Origin: Pseudothermotoga sp.
GTDB lineage: Bacteria > Thermotogota > Thermotogae > Thermotogales > DSM-5069
DNA: 64,000 nt
Assembly: GCA_031962025.1 (NCBI GenBank)
Contig: JAVRKW010000001.1
Direction: 5' to 3' (one strand)
Shown here: piece by piece, positions 30,958-42,116 of the stretch
Numbering within the stretch: position 1 is the first letter of the stretch
Layout: each line of letters starts with the position of its first letter
Program-made: the position numbers and the translations under genes
The notes under the pieces: generated by a model
What the model saw: only the letters and a program-made list of their open reading frames with translations
Told to the model about the DNA's origin: nothing
The model's database searches: none

Positions 30958-31644
30958 TTGGAACTTGTATTTCGTTTGCAGGAATTCGAAGGTCCATTGG
31001 ATCTACTGCTCTATCTTGTTAAAAAGCGCAAGATAAGTGTGCGCCAGATTTCTATTTCCCAGTTGGCTGATGAATTTGTTGCGTATGTCGAACAAATGAA
31101 AAAATTCGACTTGAACATCACCTCTGATTTCATTGCGATGGCAACTCAACTGATGGAGATGAAATCCAAATACATTCTTCCTTCGCTGACTGAGAAGGAA
31201 ACAAAGCAACTGGCACAGCAGGAGGAAGATCTCTATAGAAGAATCGAGATGTACGAGAAGATAAAGCAGTTGAGCGAGCAGATCAAAGAAAGAGTCAAAG
31301 ACATCGGAGCCAGACAGTTAGTGAGACTTCCGTCATTACCGCAAATCGAGCAGGAGAAATTGAATAAGGTTCTCCAGGCTGCTTTACAAGAACTGAATAT
31401 CCGCAGAGCTGTTTACAAAATAAGAAGACAGAGTTTGACCGTGGAGCAGGCTATGAGCAGAGTGCTTGATTTATTAATGGGCAATGACAACGTTGCTTTG
31501 TACGATATTCTTAAATCAGGCGAGAACCGCTATCAGATGATAGTCTATCTTTTGGCAGTCCTCGAATTACTTTTTTTCAAAAAAATTTTGCTTTTCGAGG
31601 TCGATGGAAATCTCATTTTGAGGAGGAATGACCTTGAACCTTAA
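30958..31644 (+). CDS. scpA: Segregation and condensation protein A
   Basis: FEGPLDLLLYL motif and C-terminal LAVLEL. Confidence 0.92.
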   Translation: MELVFRLQEFEGPLDLLLYLVKKRKISVRQISISQLADEFVAYVEQMKKFDLNITSDFIAMATQLMEMKSKYILPSLTEKETKQLAQQEEDLYRRIEMYEKIKQLSEQIKERVKDIGARQLVRLPSLPQIEQEKLNKVLQAALQELNIRRAVYKIRRQSLTVEQAMSRVLDLLMGNDNVALYDILKSGENRYQMIVYLLAVLELLFFKKILLFEVDGNLILRRNDLEP

Positions 31645-32152
31645 AGCCTTGGTCGAGGCTTTGATCTTTGCCGCACGTGGCATGACCTTAGAAAAGCTTG
31701 CAAAAATAACCGGCAGTGATATGGAAGCTGTTGCAAAAGCCGTGGATGAATTGGTTCAGGAATATAGTAGCCAGGACCACGGTGTGGAATTGAAAAAAGT
31801 CGGCGATGTGTATCGTTTCTACACAAAACCAGAATATTCTCAAGTAATTAGCAAAACAACAAAGACCTTTTATGCAAAACTTTCTTCAAGCCAGATGGAG
31901 ATAATCGCAGCAATACTTTTAAATGGTCCTTCTACGATACAGGCGCTCAATGAATTGAGAGGGAAAGATTCCAGTGCGGTAGTTAGATCTTTGCACAAAT
32001 CAGGCGTTTTGGTGAGAAAAAAACTCTCAAACACCTATGTTTATAATTTGAATGAAAGCTTTAGAGATTTTCTGATGATAGAAGGGGTGCTCGATCAGAC
32101 GATCGAGCACCAGAACATCACTAAACCTTCGCCTTTGACTTCTGAGCCTTGA
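31628..32152 (+). CDS. scpB: Segregation and condensation protein B
   Basis: VEALIFAA, YRFYTKP, LS...EI motifs; follows scpA. Confidence 0.85.
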   Translation: MTLNLKALVEALIFAARGMTLEKLAKITGSDMEAVAKAVDELVQEYSSQDHGVELKKVGDVYRFYTKPEYSQVISKTTKTFYAKLSSSQMEIIAAILLNGPSTIQALNELRGKDSSAVVRSLHKSGVLVRKKLSNTYVYNLNESFRDFLMIEGVLDQTIEHQNITKPSPLTSEP

Positions 32153-33749
32153 CGAATTTGCACACACCATGCGGGCAAGAAGAAGATTTTATGTGTTTGA
32201 CGAAATCTTCTTCGAAGTTTTCAAGAATTGACAGCAAAGGAACGTTGATACTCTGTCCAAGACCACACAAAGATGCTTCTTGAGTGACATATGCTATTTG
32301 CTTCAGTGTTTCCAAATCTTCCAGTTTTCCCTGCCCCATACTCATTTTTTCGAGTATCTGCACGGCAAGCCTTGTACCTTCACGGCACGGTGTGCATTTA
32401 CCACATGATTCATGTGCAAAAAATTGCATCGTATTGAGTGCAACATCCACAGGGCAGACTTCATCTGACATAGCCAGTATGACACCTGATCCGATGGAAA
32501 CTCCATAATTCTTGAACGAATCATAGTCTAAGGGTACATCGAGTTTATCGACACCGATAAAAGTACCTGCCGTTCCACCAGTTTGAACCATGTACAGATC
32601 CTTACCTCCAACAAGGCCACCACCAAATCTGTAGATAAGGTCACGAACAGTTGTACCCATTGGAACCTCTACAATGCCTCTTCTGACGACATTGCCAACA
32701 AGTGAGAACACTTTTGTCCCTGGTGAACCAGCAGTTCCAAAGGATTTGAACCAGTCTGGGCCATTGAGAATTATGGAAGGAACATTGGCAAAAGTTTCCA
32801 CGTTGTTAATCACCGTGGGTTTACCGAATAGACCGTTCGTTGGTGGATATGGTGGTTTCAGCCTCGGTCTGCCAGATTTTCCTTCAATTGATTCAAGCAG
32901 GGCGGTTTCTTCACCGCATATATAAGCACCCGCACCGAGTCTGACTGTCAGGTCGAAGTCAAAACCGCTACCCATTATGTCCTTGCCCAAAAATCCATAC
33001 TCATATGCATCCCTGATTGCCTTTTGAATATTTTCTACTGACCCGTAATACTCACCGCGTATGTATATATATCCTTTGGTTGCTCCAACGGCATATCCGC
33101 AGATGATCATTGCTTCAACTACCGAATGTGGATCACCTTCCATTATCAACCTGTCTTTGAAAGTACCAGGTTCACCCTCATCGGCGTTGCAAACCACGTA
33201 TTTCTGATCAGCTTGGACCTTGGCAGTGAATTCCCATTTCAACCCGGTTGGAAAACCAGCGCCGCCACGTCCACGAAGACCGGAAGCTTTTACGCAATCG
33301 AGTACTTGTTGCGGTTTCATCTGGGTCAGGACCTTGTGAAGTGCAAAATACCCGTCTCTGGCTATGTATTCATCTATGTTCCTTGGATCGATATTGCCAA
33401 CATTTCTCAAAACGATTCTTGTTTCTGCACTGACTTTTTCTTTTTCCACAACGAGTTTTAGCCTGTCTTTTGGTATTTCAAGTGATAGAACAGCTCTTCC
33501 TTTGAGCAGATGTTCGGTTACAACTTTCTCAATATCCTGTGTGGAACGAATTGAGTAATAAACATCGTCAGGAAAGACTGCCATGACGACACCTTGCGTG
33601 TATACACCCATTGTACCTGTTTCTAAAACATCCACTGTATCCCTGAGATTGTACTTTTCAACCAGTTCTTTCAAATAATTGACAAAGTGTTTTGCACCAA
33701 GCAGTACACTGTTGGAATCAACCGATACGAGTACTAACATTGGTTTCAT
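32121..33749 (-). CDS. NuoF/HydB-like FMN/NAD(P)H-binding subunit (short form)
   Basis: GRGGAGFPTG, NADEGEPGTFKD, GAYICGEET and ESCGKCTPCREG motifs; no C-terminal 2[4Fe-4S] domain. Confidence 0.9.
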   Translation of the reverse strand: MKPMLVLVSVDSNSVLLGAKHFVNYLKELVEKYNLRDTVDVLETGTMGVYTQGVVMAVFPDDVYYSIRSTQDIEKVVTEHLLKGRAVLSLEIPKDRLKLVVEKEKVSAETRIVLRNVGNIDPRNIDEYIARDGYFALHKVLTQMKPQQVLDCVKASGLRGRGGAGFPTGLKWEFTAKVQADQKYVVCNADEGEPGTFKDRLIMEGDPHSVVEAMIICGYAVGATKGYIYIRGEYYGSVENIQKAIRDAYEYGFLGKDIMGSGFDFDLTVRLGAGAYICGEETALLESIEGKSGRPRLKPPYPPTNGLFGKPTVINNVETFANVPSIILNGPDWFKSFGTAGSPGTKVFSLVGNVVRRGIVEVPMGTTVRDLIYRFGGGLVGGKDLYMVQTGGTAGTFIGVDKLDVPLDYDSFKNYGVSIGSGVILAMSDEVCPVDVALNTMQFFAHESCGKCTPCREGTRLAVQILEKMSMGQGKLEDLETLKQIAYVTQEASLCGLGQSINVPLLSILENFEEDFVKHIKSSSCPHGVCKFVKAQKSKAKV

Positions 33750-34240
33750 CGCGCATCACCTCCATTTCGGAGGTTTTCGATTATTTCTCTGACTTTCTTC
33801 GGTGTGAGATCACCATAATATTGATCGTTTATCATTATCACTGGTGCCACACCACACAGTCCAAGACAACTCGTTGTTTCGAGTGTGAAGAGGTTATCTT
33901 TGGTAGTTTCACCAAACTTCACTCCGAGTATCTCCTGCAAAGTTTGAACTATTTCTCTGCCGCCGGTTACATGACATGGCAAATTCACACAGACACGTAT
34001 TACATATTTACCTCTGGGTTTGGTGGAGAACATCGTGTAAAAAGTCAGAACTTCGTAAACTTTCGATTTTGGTATCATGAGTTCTTCTGCGACTATCTCT
34101 GCCGCTTCGATTGGAATGTAATTACCAAAATAGTCCTGAACTTTATGGAGTGTATTGATCAATATATCTCTTTCTTCTAAGGACTCAGATTTTGCCTCTC
34201 GAACAAGAGCACTCACCTTCTCGCGATCGACCACAACCAA
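33746..34240 (-). CDS. NuoE/HydC-like 2Fe-2S subunit
   Basis: VLTFYTMF, CVNLPC and CLGLC motifs. Confidence 0.9.
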   Translation of the reverse strand: MVVVDREKVSALVREAKSESLEERDILINTLHKVQDYFGNYIPIEAAEIVAEELMIPKSKVYEVLTFYTMFSTKPRGKYVIRVCVNLPCHVTGGREIVQTLQEILGVKFGETTKDNLFTLETTSCLGLCGVAPVIMINDQYYGDLTPKKVREIIENLRNGGDAR

Positions 34241-34250
34241 CGCCCCCTTT

Positions 34251-36050
34251 TTACGGTGATACTTTGCTTATTGCACCAAACCTACAAACTTCAATGCAGC
34301 TACCGCATCTTATACAGATCTCGTTATCAATTTGGTGTACTTTTCTTACTTCACCTGAAATTGCATTTACAGGACATACTCTTGCACAGGCGGTACATCC
34401 AACACATTTTGCCGGGTCTATAGTGTATCTGATCAGTTTTTTGCATTTGAGAGATGGACAACGTTTTTCTTTAACGTGTGCTTCGTACTCTTTGCGGTAG
34501 TATCTCAGGGTGCTCAAAACAGGATTAGGAGCTGTTTGACCAAGCCCGCACAGGGATGTGTCTTTGATAACATTTGCTAAATGCTCTAACTCCTCAAGAT
34601 CTTCTTCTGTTCCTTCTCCGGATGTTATCTTATCTAAGATCTTCAACATCTGCCTTGTCCCTTCCCTACATGGAGTACATTTTCCACACGATTCATCTAC
34701 TGTGAATTCCAGGAAAAATCTGGCAACATCAACCATACAGTCGTCTTCATCCATTACTATCATTCCGCCTGAACCCATGATTGCACCAAGTTTCTGAAGT
34801 GATTCATAATCCACTGGTGTATCAAAGTACTCGGATGGTATACAACCTCCACTTGGACCTCCGGTCTGTACTGCTTTGATCTTTTTGCCTGTTGATGAAC
34901 CACCACCTATTTCATACAGAAGTTCTTTTAAGGTTATGCCCATCGGCACTTCAACAAGACCTGTGTTGGTAATCTTTCCAGCGAGAGCGAAAACCTTTGT
35001 ACCGGGGGATTTTTCTGTGCCTATACTTCTGAACCAGTCTGCTCCTTTGATTATGATTGGTGGTATACAGGCGAAGGTTTCAACGTTGTTTATAACAGTT
35101 GGACAACCCCAAACACCACTCTGTGCAGGGTAAGGTGGTTTAACTCGAGGCTGACCTCTTTTCCCTTCGATTGACGCAATCAGTGCCGTTTCCTCACCGC
35201 ACACGAAAGCACCTGCACCTATTCTTATTTCGATGTCAAAATCGAAGTTGCTGCCCATGATGTTTTGCCCAAGAAAACCGTATTCCTTTGCCTGTGAAAT
35301 AGCTATGTTAAGCCTTTCAATAGCCAGTGGATACTCCGCCCTCACGTATATATACCCCTGATTTGCACCTATCGCATATCCACCAATAGCCATCGCTTCG
35401 AGTACAGTATGTGGATCTCCTTCGAGTACCGAACGATCCATGAATGCTCCGGGGTCACCTTCATCAGCATTGCACACGATGTACTTTCTCTCGCCTTTAG
35501 ATTTTCTGGTCAGTTCCCATTTTAAACCAGTTGGGAAACCTGCTCCACCTCTACCGCGAAGACCACTTTTCTTTACTTCTTCTATGACCTGTTCAGGACT
35601 CATTTCTTTCAAGACTTTTGCCAGAGCAAAGTAGCCGTCTCTTGCTATGTACTCTTCGATATTGACTGGATCTATATAACCCACATTTCGTGTGGCTATT
35701 TTCACTTGTTTTGCAAAAAACGGTAGCTTTTCAACGGCTTGCGGTATCGTTTCACCGGTTGGCATTTTGTAAAGGTATTCCTTGACAATTCTTCCCTTCA
35801 ATATGTGTTCTTCAACGATTTTTCTTGCGGCTTGTGGTGTCAGTTTTTGATAAAAAACGCCTTCAGGGTAGATTACCATCAAAGGTCCCAAACTGCAGGC
35901 TCCCATACAACCAGTTTCAACAACTCTCACGACATCATTCAGAGCGTATTTTTCAATCTCTTTTTCAAGTGCTTGCTTCACGCTCTCTTCTCCTGCAGAA
36001 ATGCAAGCACCTCCTGCACAAATCAGGATCGTAGTCGCTGCCAGTGGCAC
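34251..36050 (-). CDS. HydB/NuoF-like flavoprotein with C-terminal 2[4Fe-4S] domain (bifurcating type)
   Basis: NADEGDPGAFMD, GGPSGG, CVGCTACARVCP and CIRCGSCIEVC motifs. Confidence 0.92.
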   Translation of the reverse strand: MPLAATTILICAGGACISAGEESVKQALEKEIEKYALNDVVRVVETGCMGACSLGPLMVIYPEGVFYQKLTPQAARKIVEEHILKGRIVKEYLYKMPTGETIPQAVEKLPFFAKQVKIATRNVGYIDPVNIEEYIARDGYFALAKVLKEMSPEQVIEEVKKSGLRGRGGAGFPTGLKWELTRKSKGERKYIVCNADEGDPGAFMDRSVLEGDPHTVLEAMAIGGYAIGANQGYIYVRAEYPLAIERLNIAISQAKEYGFLGQNIMGSNFDFDIEIRIGAGAFVCGEETALIASIEGKRGQPRVKPPYPAQSGVWGCPTVINNVETFACIPPIIIKGADWFRSIGTEKSPGTKVFALAGKITNTGLVEVPMGITLKELLYEIGGGSSTGKKIKAVQTGGPSGGCIPSEYFDTPVDYESLQKLGAIMGSGGMIVMDEDDCMVDVARFFLEFTVDESCGKCTPCREGTRQMLKILDKITSGEGTEEDLEELEHLANVIKDTSLCGLGQTAPNPVLSTLRYYRKEYEAHVKEKRCPSLKCKKLIRYTIDPAKCVGCTACARVCPVNAISGEVRKVHQIDNEICIRCGSCIEVCRFGAISKVSP

Positions 36051-36065
36051 TCAGATCACCTCTTC

Positions 36066-36443
36066 TTAGATTTCTCCTCTTTTGACCAGTAAGTCAGTGA
36101 CAATTTGATTGGACATTATGTGTAGTTTTACGATTCTTCTTGCGTTTTCGGGAGTTACATGACCGTAAACGACCGGTTCTTGACCTTCTATTCTCACCTC
36201 AACAGTTGGTTCAACTTCACACAAGCCCATGCATCCTGACTGTACAACTGAGATGTCGTTGATATTATTCTCGCTGAGAGCTTCAACAATAGCTTTGAGA
36301 GTATCCTTGGCTCCAGCGGCTATACCACAGGTACCCATTGCCACTGTAATTTTTCCTCTTTTTCCCGTATCTCTTAACTGAAGTTCTTTAACAGCCTTCT
36401 CTTTGATTTTCATTAAATCCTCAATCGATTTTATTTTGTTCAT
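36066..36443 (-). CDS. Thioredoxin-like (2Fe-2S) ferredoxin, HydD/HndB-like
   Basis: VAMGTCGIAAGA and SGCMGLCEVEP motifs. Confidence 0.88.
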   Translation of the reverse strand: MNKIKSIEDLMKIKEKAVKELQLRDTGKRGKITVAMGTCGIAAGAKDTLKAIVEALSENNINDISVVQSGCMGLCEVEPTVEVRIEGQEPVVYGHVTPENARRIVKLHIMSNQIVTDLLVKRGEI

Positions 36444-36937
36444 TATTCCTTCACCTCCTTGTATTTTTCAATAATCCTTGGAACCATATCTGGCTTTACT
36501 CTGCCATAGAAATCCTTTTCACCTATGAGAACCACCGGTGCCATACTGCAAGCGCCGAGGCACCTGACGGGATGAACTGAAAATTGTCCATCCTTGGTCG
36601 GCTCTTCTGGTTTCGTGCCAAGTTCTTCTAAAAACCTCTCGAAAACTCTGTCTCCACCCTTGACGTAGCAGGCTGTACCAAGACATACCTTGATCTGTAC
36701 CTTTCCTTTCGGTTTGGTTGAAAAGAAATTGTAGAAGGTCACAACTCCATAGACTTGAGAGACCGGGATGTTAAGTGCATCTGCAATATGCTGCTGCACC
36801 TCTACGGAAAGATAACCAAACAACTCCTGGGCTTTTTGCAAGACAGAGATGAGCTTATCCGGTTTTGCACCGATAGAACTGATGTAGTTGTCCAATTCCT
36901 TGAACAGTCGTTCACCTGTAGTGCAGAGATCTGGCAA
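36443..36937 (-). CDS. NuoE/HydC-like 2Fe-2S subunit
   Basis: VYGVVTFYNFF, CLGTAC and CLGAC motifs; TTG at 36937 fits RBS spacing better than GTG at 36946. Confidence 0.9.
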   Translation of the reverse strand: MPDLCTTGERLFKELDNYISSIGAKPDKLISVLQKAQELFGYLSVEVQQHIADALNIPVSQVYGVVTFYNFFSTKPKGKVQIKVCLGTACYVKGGDRVFERFLEELGTKPEEPTKDGQFSVHPVRCLGACSMAPVVLIGEKDFYGRVKPDMVPRIIEKYKEVKE

Positions 36938-36949
36938 TTGTTCCACCTC

Positions 36950-36967
36950 CTGTTAATAAATTCACAA
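36950..36967 (-). promoter_or_regulatory. Putative Rex operator
   Basis: Minus strand TTGTGAA-TTTA-TTAACAG versus Rex consensus TTGTGAA-N4-TTCACAA (2 mismatches), abutting the RBS. Confidence 0.7.
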
Positions 36968-37042
36968 ACTTCAGCTCGATTATACCACTTTTGGTTGAAA
37001 AAAGCACATGTGATGGTAAAGTAAATAATGGAGGGATAGAAA

Positions 37043-38059
37043 ATGACCATGCTGATTAAAGTAGACCCGCTTAAACCAGCTGAAGATGTCCTTCGCAAGG
37101 CGGCTGATTTGATAAGGGAAGGTGGTGTTGTTGCGTTTCCTACAGAAACAGTCTATGGCCTTGGTGCCGATTGTTTCAATGTATCAGCTGTATTGAAAGT
37201 TTTTCAAATAAAAAACAGACCTGCCGATAATCCTTTGATCGTTCACATATTTGATAGAAAACAACTTGGCGATCTCATAGATCAGGATTACCAGAAAGCT
37301 TCTGCGATCATGGATGTTTTCTGGCCCGGTCCAGTAACTCTCATATTCAGAAAAAAGCCCGCTGTTCCGAAAGAAGTAACAGGAGGACTTGAAACCATAG
37401 CCGTCAGAATGCCAAGCCATCCGGTTGCACAGAAGTTTTTGATGCTGTGTGGTACACCCGTAGCCGCACCGAGTGCAAATCTATCTGGAAGACCAAGCCC
37501 AACAAGAGCTGAACACGTGATAGAAGATCTTTATGGTTTGGTTGATGCGATCATAGATGGTGGAGAAACTCCTTTTGGAATTGAGTCAACCATAGTAGAC
37601 TTTTCAAGACAAAAGCCCGTTCTTTTGCGCCCGGGTCCTGCCACAATAGAGGAAATACAAAGACTCATACCAAATCTCGAAATTCCAGAGTTTCTTCTGA
37701 AAAAAGTGGACGAGCCTGTCAGACCACTTTCCCCTGGTATGACTTACAGACACTATGCACCCGAAAAACCTTTGATTCTTGTGGTGAATGAAAAAAGACT
37801 CGATGAAATACTCTTGAAATACCCTGATGCCCCCGTCATATGTCCTCAAGAAATGGTTACAAAGTTCTATGGTAGAAAAACCATCGTTCTTGGGACGCTG
37901 AAAGAACCTTTCACGATTGCTCAGAATCTTTTTCACGTACTCAGAACGGTGGACTCAGTTACAGTTGAAGCTGCAATTGTAATTGGTTTTGAACCAAAAG
38001 GTATACTTTTTTCTGTAATGAATCGCTTGAGAAAAGCCGCAACCGAGATTGTAGAATAA
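37043..38059 (+). CDS. sua5: Threonylcarbamoyl-AMP synthase (Sua5 type)
   Basis: FPTETVYGLG, KNRPADNPLIVH, APSANLSG and SPGMTYRHYAP motifs. Confidence 0.95.
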   Translation: MTMLIKVDPLKPAEDVLRKAADLIREGGVVAFPTETVYGLGADCFNVSAVLKVFQIKNRPADNPLIVHIFDRKQLGDLIDQDYQKASAIMDVFWPGPVTLIFRKKPAVPKEVTGGLETIAVRMPSHPVAQKFLMLCGTPVAAPSANLSGRPSPTRAEHVIEDLYGLVDAIIDGGETPFGIESTIVDFSRQKPVLLRPGPATIEEIQRLIPNLEIPEFLLKKVDEPVRPLSPGMTYRHYAPEKPLILVVNEKRLDEILLKYPDAPVICPQEMVTKFYGRKTIVLGTLKEPFTIAQNLFHVLRTVDSVTVEAAIVIGFEPKGILFSVMNRLRKAATEIVE

Positions 38060-38160
38060 CTGTAACTTCACGGTGCCTGGTTTTTAAAGATTTTCATCGG
38101 CAAAAATGTTTATCAACGCGTAAAATAACAGTGAGACCACTTTTGAGGAGGTGAGTTTCC

Positions 38161-38199
38161 TTGGAAAGCACCAGTAGTTCATTCAGTTTACCGCCATAG
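38161..38199 (+). CDS. Putative mgtE leader peptide (MESTSSSFSLPP*)
   Basis: Own strong RBS gaggaggtg, TTG start, 12 codons ending CCG CCA TAG. Confidence 0.55.
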   Translation: MESTSSSFSLPP

Positions 38200-38215
38200 A
38201 TATTGAGGAGGTGAC

Positions 38216-39559
38216 TTGATGAAAGTAAAAGTGCAAGTCGATATCAAAAGGTTTATCGAAAATGGAGATTTCAGAACGCTGAAAACGATACTGACCCAAC
38301 AGGAACCTGCCGAAATACTTGAAATGATTGAAGAACTTCCGCCAGATGAAAAGATAATAGTTTTTCGTCTGCTTCCCAAAGACCAGGCAGCTTTGGTTTT
38401 CAGTGAGCTTGAGACAGATGACCAGATAGCATTAATAAAGTTGTTCAAGGAAGAAAGGCTCAGAGAAATCATATCTTCAATGGATCCAGATGACAGAGCA
38501 GAGCTTTTGGAAGAAATGCCGGCAAACGTTGTGAACAAATTGCTTTCCTATCTGACGCCAGAAGAGAGAAAAATTACTTTGTCTTTGCTCAACTATCCTG
38601 AGAACTCTGCGGGTCGTTTGACAACTCCAAAGTGCCTTGAGCTGTATTCAGGTATGACTGTTAGCGAAGCCCTGGAGAAGATCAGGAAGGAGGGTAAGGA
38701 CAAAGAAACAGTTCACCTGATGCCCGTAATAGATAGATCAAGAAAGTTGCTTGGTAGCGTGGAACTGCAGGATTTGATCTTTGCAGAACCGACTTCCTTA
38801 GTTGAACAGATCATGAATTCAGAACCTATTTTTGTTTATGCCACCACAGATCAGGAAGAAGTTGCTCAGATAATGAGAAAGTATGACCTGTTTGTCGTAC
38901 CAGTTGTGGACAGCGAACAGCGACTGATAGGGATCATCACCATAGATGACATCGTAGATGTGATAGATGAAGAGGCAACGGAAGACATCCAGAAAATGAG
39001 CTCGATAGTTACAACCGAAGAACCTTATCTTCACGTGAGTGGATGGAAATTGGTATTTAAAAGACTGCCCTGGCTTGTGGCTTTGCTTTTAATTGAAAGT
39101 ATCAACGGTAATGTGATAGCAAAATTTGAGCATTTTCTCGCATCTTTGCCCATAGTTGCTGCTTTTATGCCGACAATGATGGACACCGGGGGAAATATTG
39201 GTTCGCAGATTTCAGCACTTATCATAAGAGGCATGGCACTTGGTGAGATAAAATCAAAAGATTGGTGGAAGATCATTTTACGTGAGATACTGATCGGCTC
39301 TGTGCTTGGGATCTTGCTTGGTCTGGTTTTATTTTTCAGATCGATGATGATCAGTCCGTCTATCAAAGTTGGATTGGCGGTTTCCTTAGCTTTGACTGTT
39401 GTTGTGATTTTTGCTAACATCCTTGGTGCTTTTCTGCCGTTCTTAGCGCGTCTTGTACATATAGACCCGGCTTTAATGGCTGGTCCACTGCTGACAACCA
39501 TAGTCGATGTTGCGGGAATTGTTATGTACTTCATCATTGTTCATATGATGCTCGGGTGA
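38216..39559 (+). CDS. mgtE: Magnesium transporter MgtE
   Basis: CBS pair, KRLPWL, TGGNIGSQ and DPALMAGPLLTTIVD motifs. Confidence 0.96.
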   Translation: MMKVKVQVDIKRFIENGDFRTLKTILTQQEPAEILEMIEELPPDEKIIVFRLLPKDQAALVFSELETDDQIALIKLFKEERLREIISSMDPDDRAELLEEMPANVVNKLLSYLTPEERKITLSLLNYPENSAGRLTTPKCLELYSGMTVSEALEKIRKEGKDKETVHLMPVIDRSRKLLGSVELQDLIFAEPTSLVEQIMNSEPIFVYATTDQEEVAQIMRKYDLFVVPVVDSEQRLIGIITIDDIVDVIDEEATEDIQKMSSIVTTEEPYLHVSGWKLVFKRLPWLVALLLIESINGNVIAKFEHFLASLPIVAAFMPTMMDTGGNIGSQISALIIRGMALGEIKSKDWWKIILREILIGSVLGILLGLVLFFRSMMISPSIKVGLAVSLALTVVVIFANILGAFLPFLARLVHIDPALMAGPLLTTIVDVAGIVMYFIIVHMMLG

Positions 39560-39561
39560 TT

Positions 39562-39590
39562 TTGACTTTTTTTGCTAAAGGGCGTATAAT
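39562..39590 (+). promoter_or_regulatory. sigma70 promoter of the cold-shock gene
   Basis: TTGACT-17 nt-TATAAT. Confidence 0.75.
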
Positions 39591-39640
39591 CTTGTAAGCC
39601 CGAAAGGGGTTATTTCGTTTTTGCAGGGAGGAGTTTTACC

Positions 39641-39841
39641 ATGAAAGGTACTGTCAAGTGGTTTGACCCCAAAAAGGGGTATGGTTTTATCACTAAGAAG
39701 GAGGGTGGAGATGTTTTTGTCCACTGGTCAGCATTAGAAATGGACGGCTTCAAAACCCTCAAGGAAGGTCAGGAAGTTGAATTCGAGATTCAAGATGGTC
39801 CAAAAGGTCCTCAGGCAGCCCATGTAAAAGTTGTTGGGTGA
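39641..39841 (+). CDS. csp: Cold-shock protein
   Basis: KGTVKWF, KGYGFI (RNP1) and DVFVHW (RNP2) motifs. Confidence 0.97.
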   Translation: MKGTVKWFDPKKGYGFITKKEGGDVFVHWSALEMDGFKTLKEGQEVEFEIQDGPKGPQAAHVKVVG

Positions 39842-39863
39842 TGGCAAAAACCTGACCATAATT

Positions 39864-39889
39864 AAAGCCCCGCAATGTGCGGGGCTTTT
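39864..39889. terminator. Bidirectional terminator
   Basis: aaagccccgca-atg-tgcggggcttt between convergent genes. Confidence 0.85.
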
Positions 39890-39907
39890 ATTTTCTCAAT
39901 TTGCACC

Positions 39908-40441
39908 TTAGAATCTTATGGACACATTTGCTCCGACAGGTACTGATGTACAACTATTATTGTTACCATATGTTCTCATTTCTATGCCTGCTCCTGCTCC
40001 AATGGCAAAGTTGCTCATATCAAAGGTGTAAAAGACACCTATTCCAACTACATAACCAAGTTTATCAAAATTTGTAAAACCAGGTATCGATAAACCACCG
40101 TAACCTTTGACTGTAACAGATGAAAAATCATCGATCGGCAGATTGTATTTAGCCGCAACTAATAGATCAAGCGTATACTGAGTATCTACACCACCTAAGA
40201 AATTTGCTATGGTATCTGTCGAATTAGAAATGAACCAGGACAGTCCAACTCCCCCACCAATTTCTACACCTTCGGATACTTCATACGTTATCAGCGCTCC
40301 AAAAGATACATAGGCAGTTGGAGATGCAGTGGTTGGTGTAGCAAACAACACAAAATCGTAAGAACCAAAGATATCGGTATTCACCTGAGCCAGAGCAACA
40401 ACACCCAGAAGAGCTGCAAATAAGACCAACACTTTCTTCAT
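39908..40441 (-). CDS. Exported small beta-barrel-like outer-membrane protein
   Basis: Signal peptide, alternating G/aromatic beta strands, terminal Phe (VSIRF). Confidence 0.65.
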   Translation of the reverse strand: MKKVLVLFAALLGVVALAQVNTDIFGSYDFVLFATPTTASPTAYVSFGALITYEVSEGVEIGGGVGLSWFISNSTDTIANFLGGVDTQYTLDLLVAAKYNLPIDDFSSVTVKGYGGLSIPGFTNFDKLGYVVGIGVFYTFDMSNFAIGAGAGIEMRTYGNNNSCTSVPVGANVSIRF

Positions 40442-40484
40442 TCATATTCCTCCCTTCAGAATAACAGTTCTGTCAGAAAGTATA

Positions 40485-41978
<1,494 letters not shown>

Positions 41979-42116
41979 CTACTTTTCAGCATGAAAACTC
42001 AAACAAAAAATTTCTACTTTTTTAATTTTATCACTTTATTCGCTGGATCACAAATGCTTATGTGAATCTCGGTTTGGGTGTAAAATTTACAATGGGGGAG
42101 TATCCGGGGTGATAAA

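Noticed and set aside
38060..38215. M-box riboswitch before mgtE
   Set aside because: The leader after the likely -10 box (38121) is too short, and no terminator hairpin is visible.
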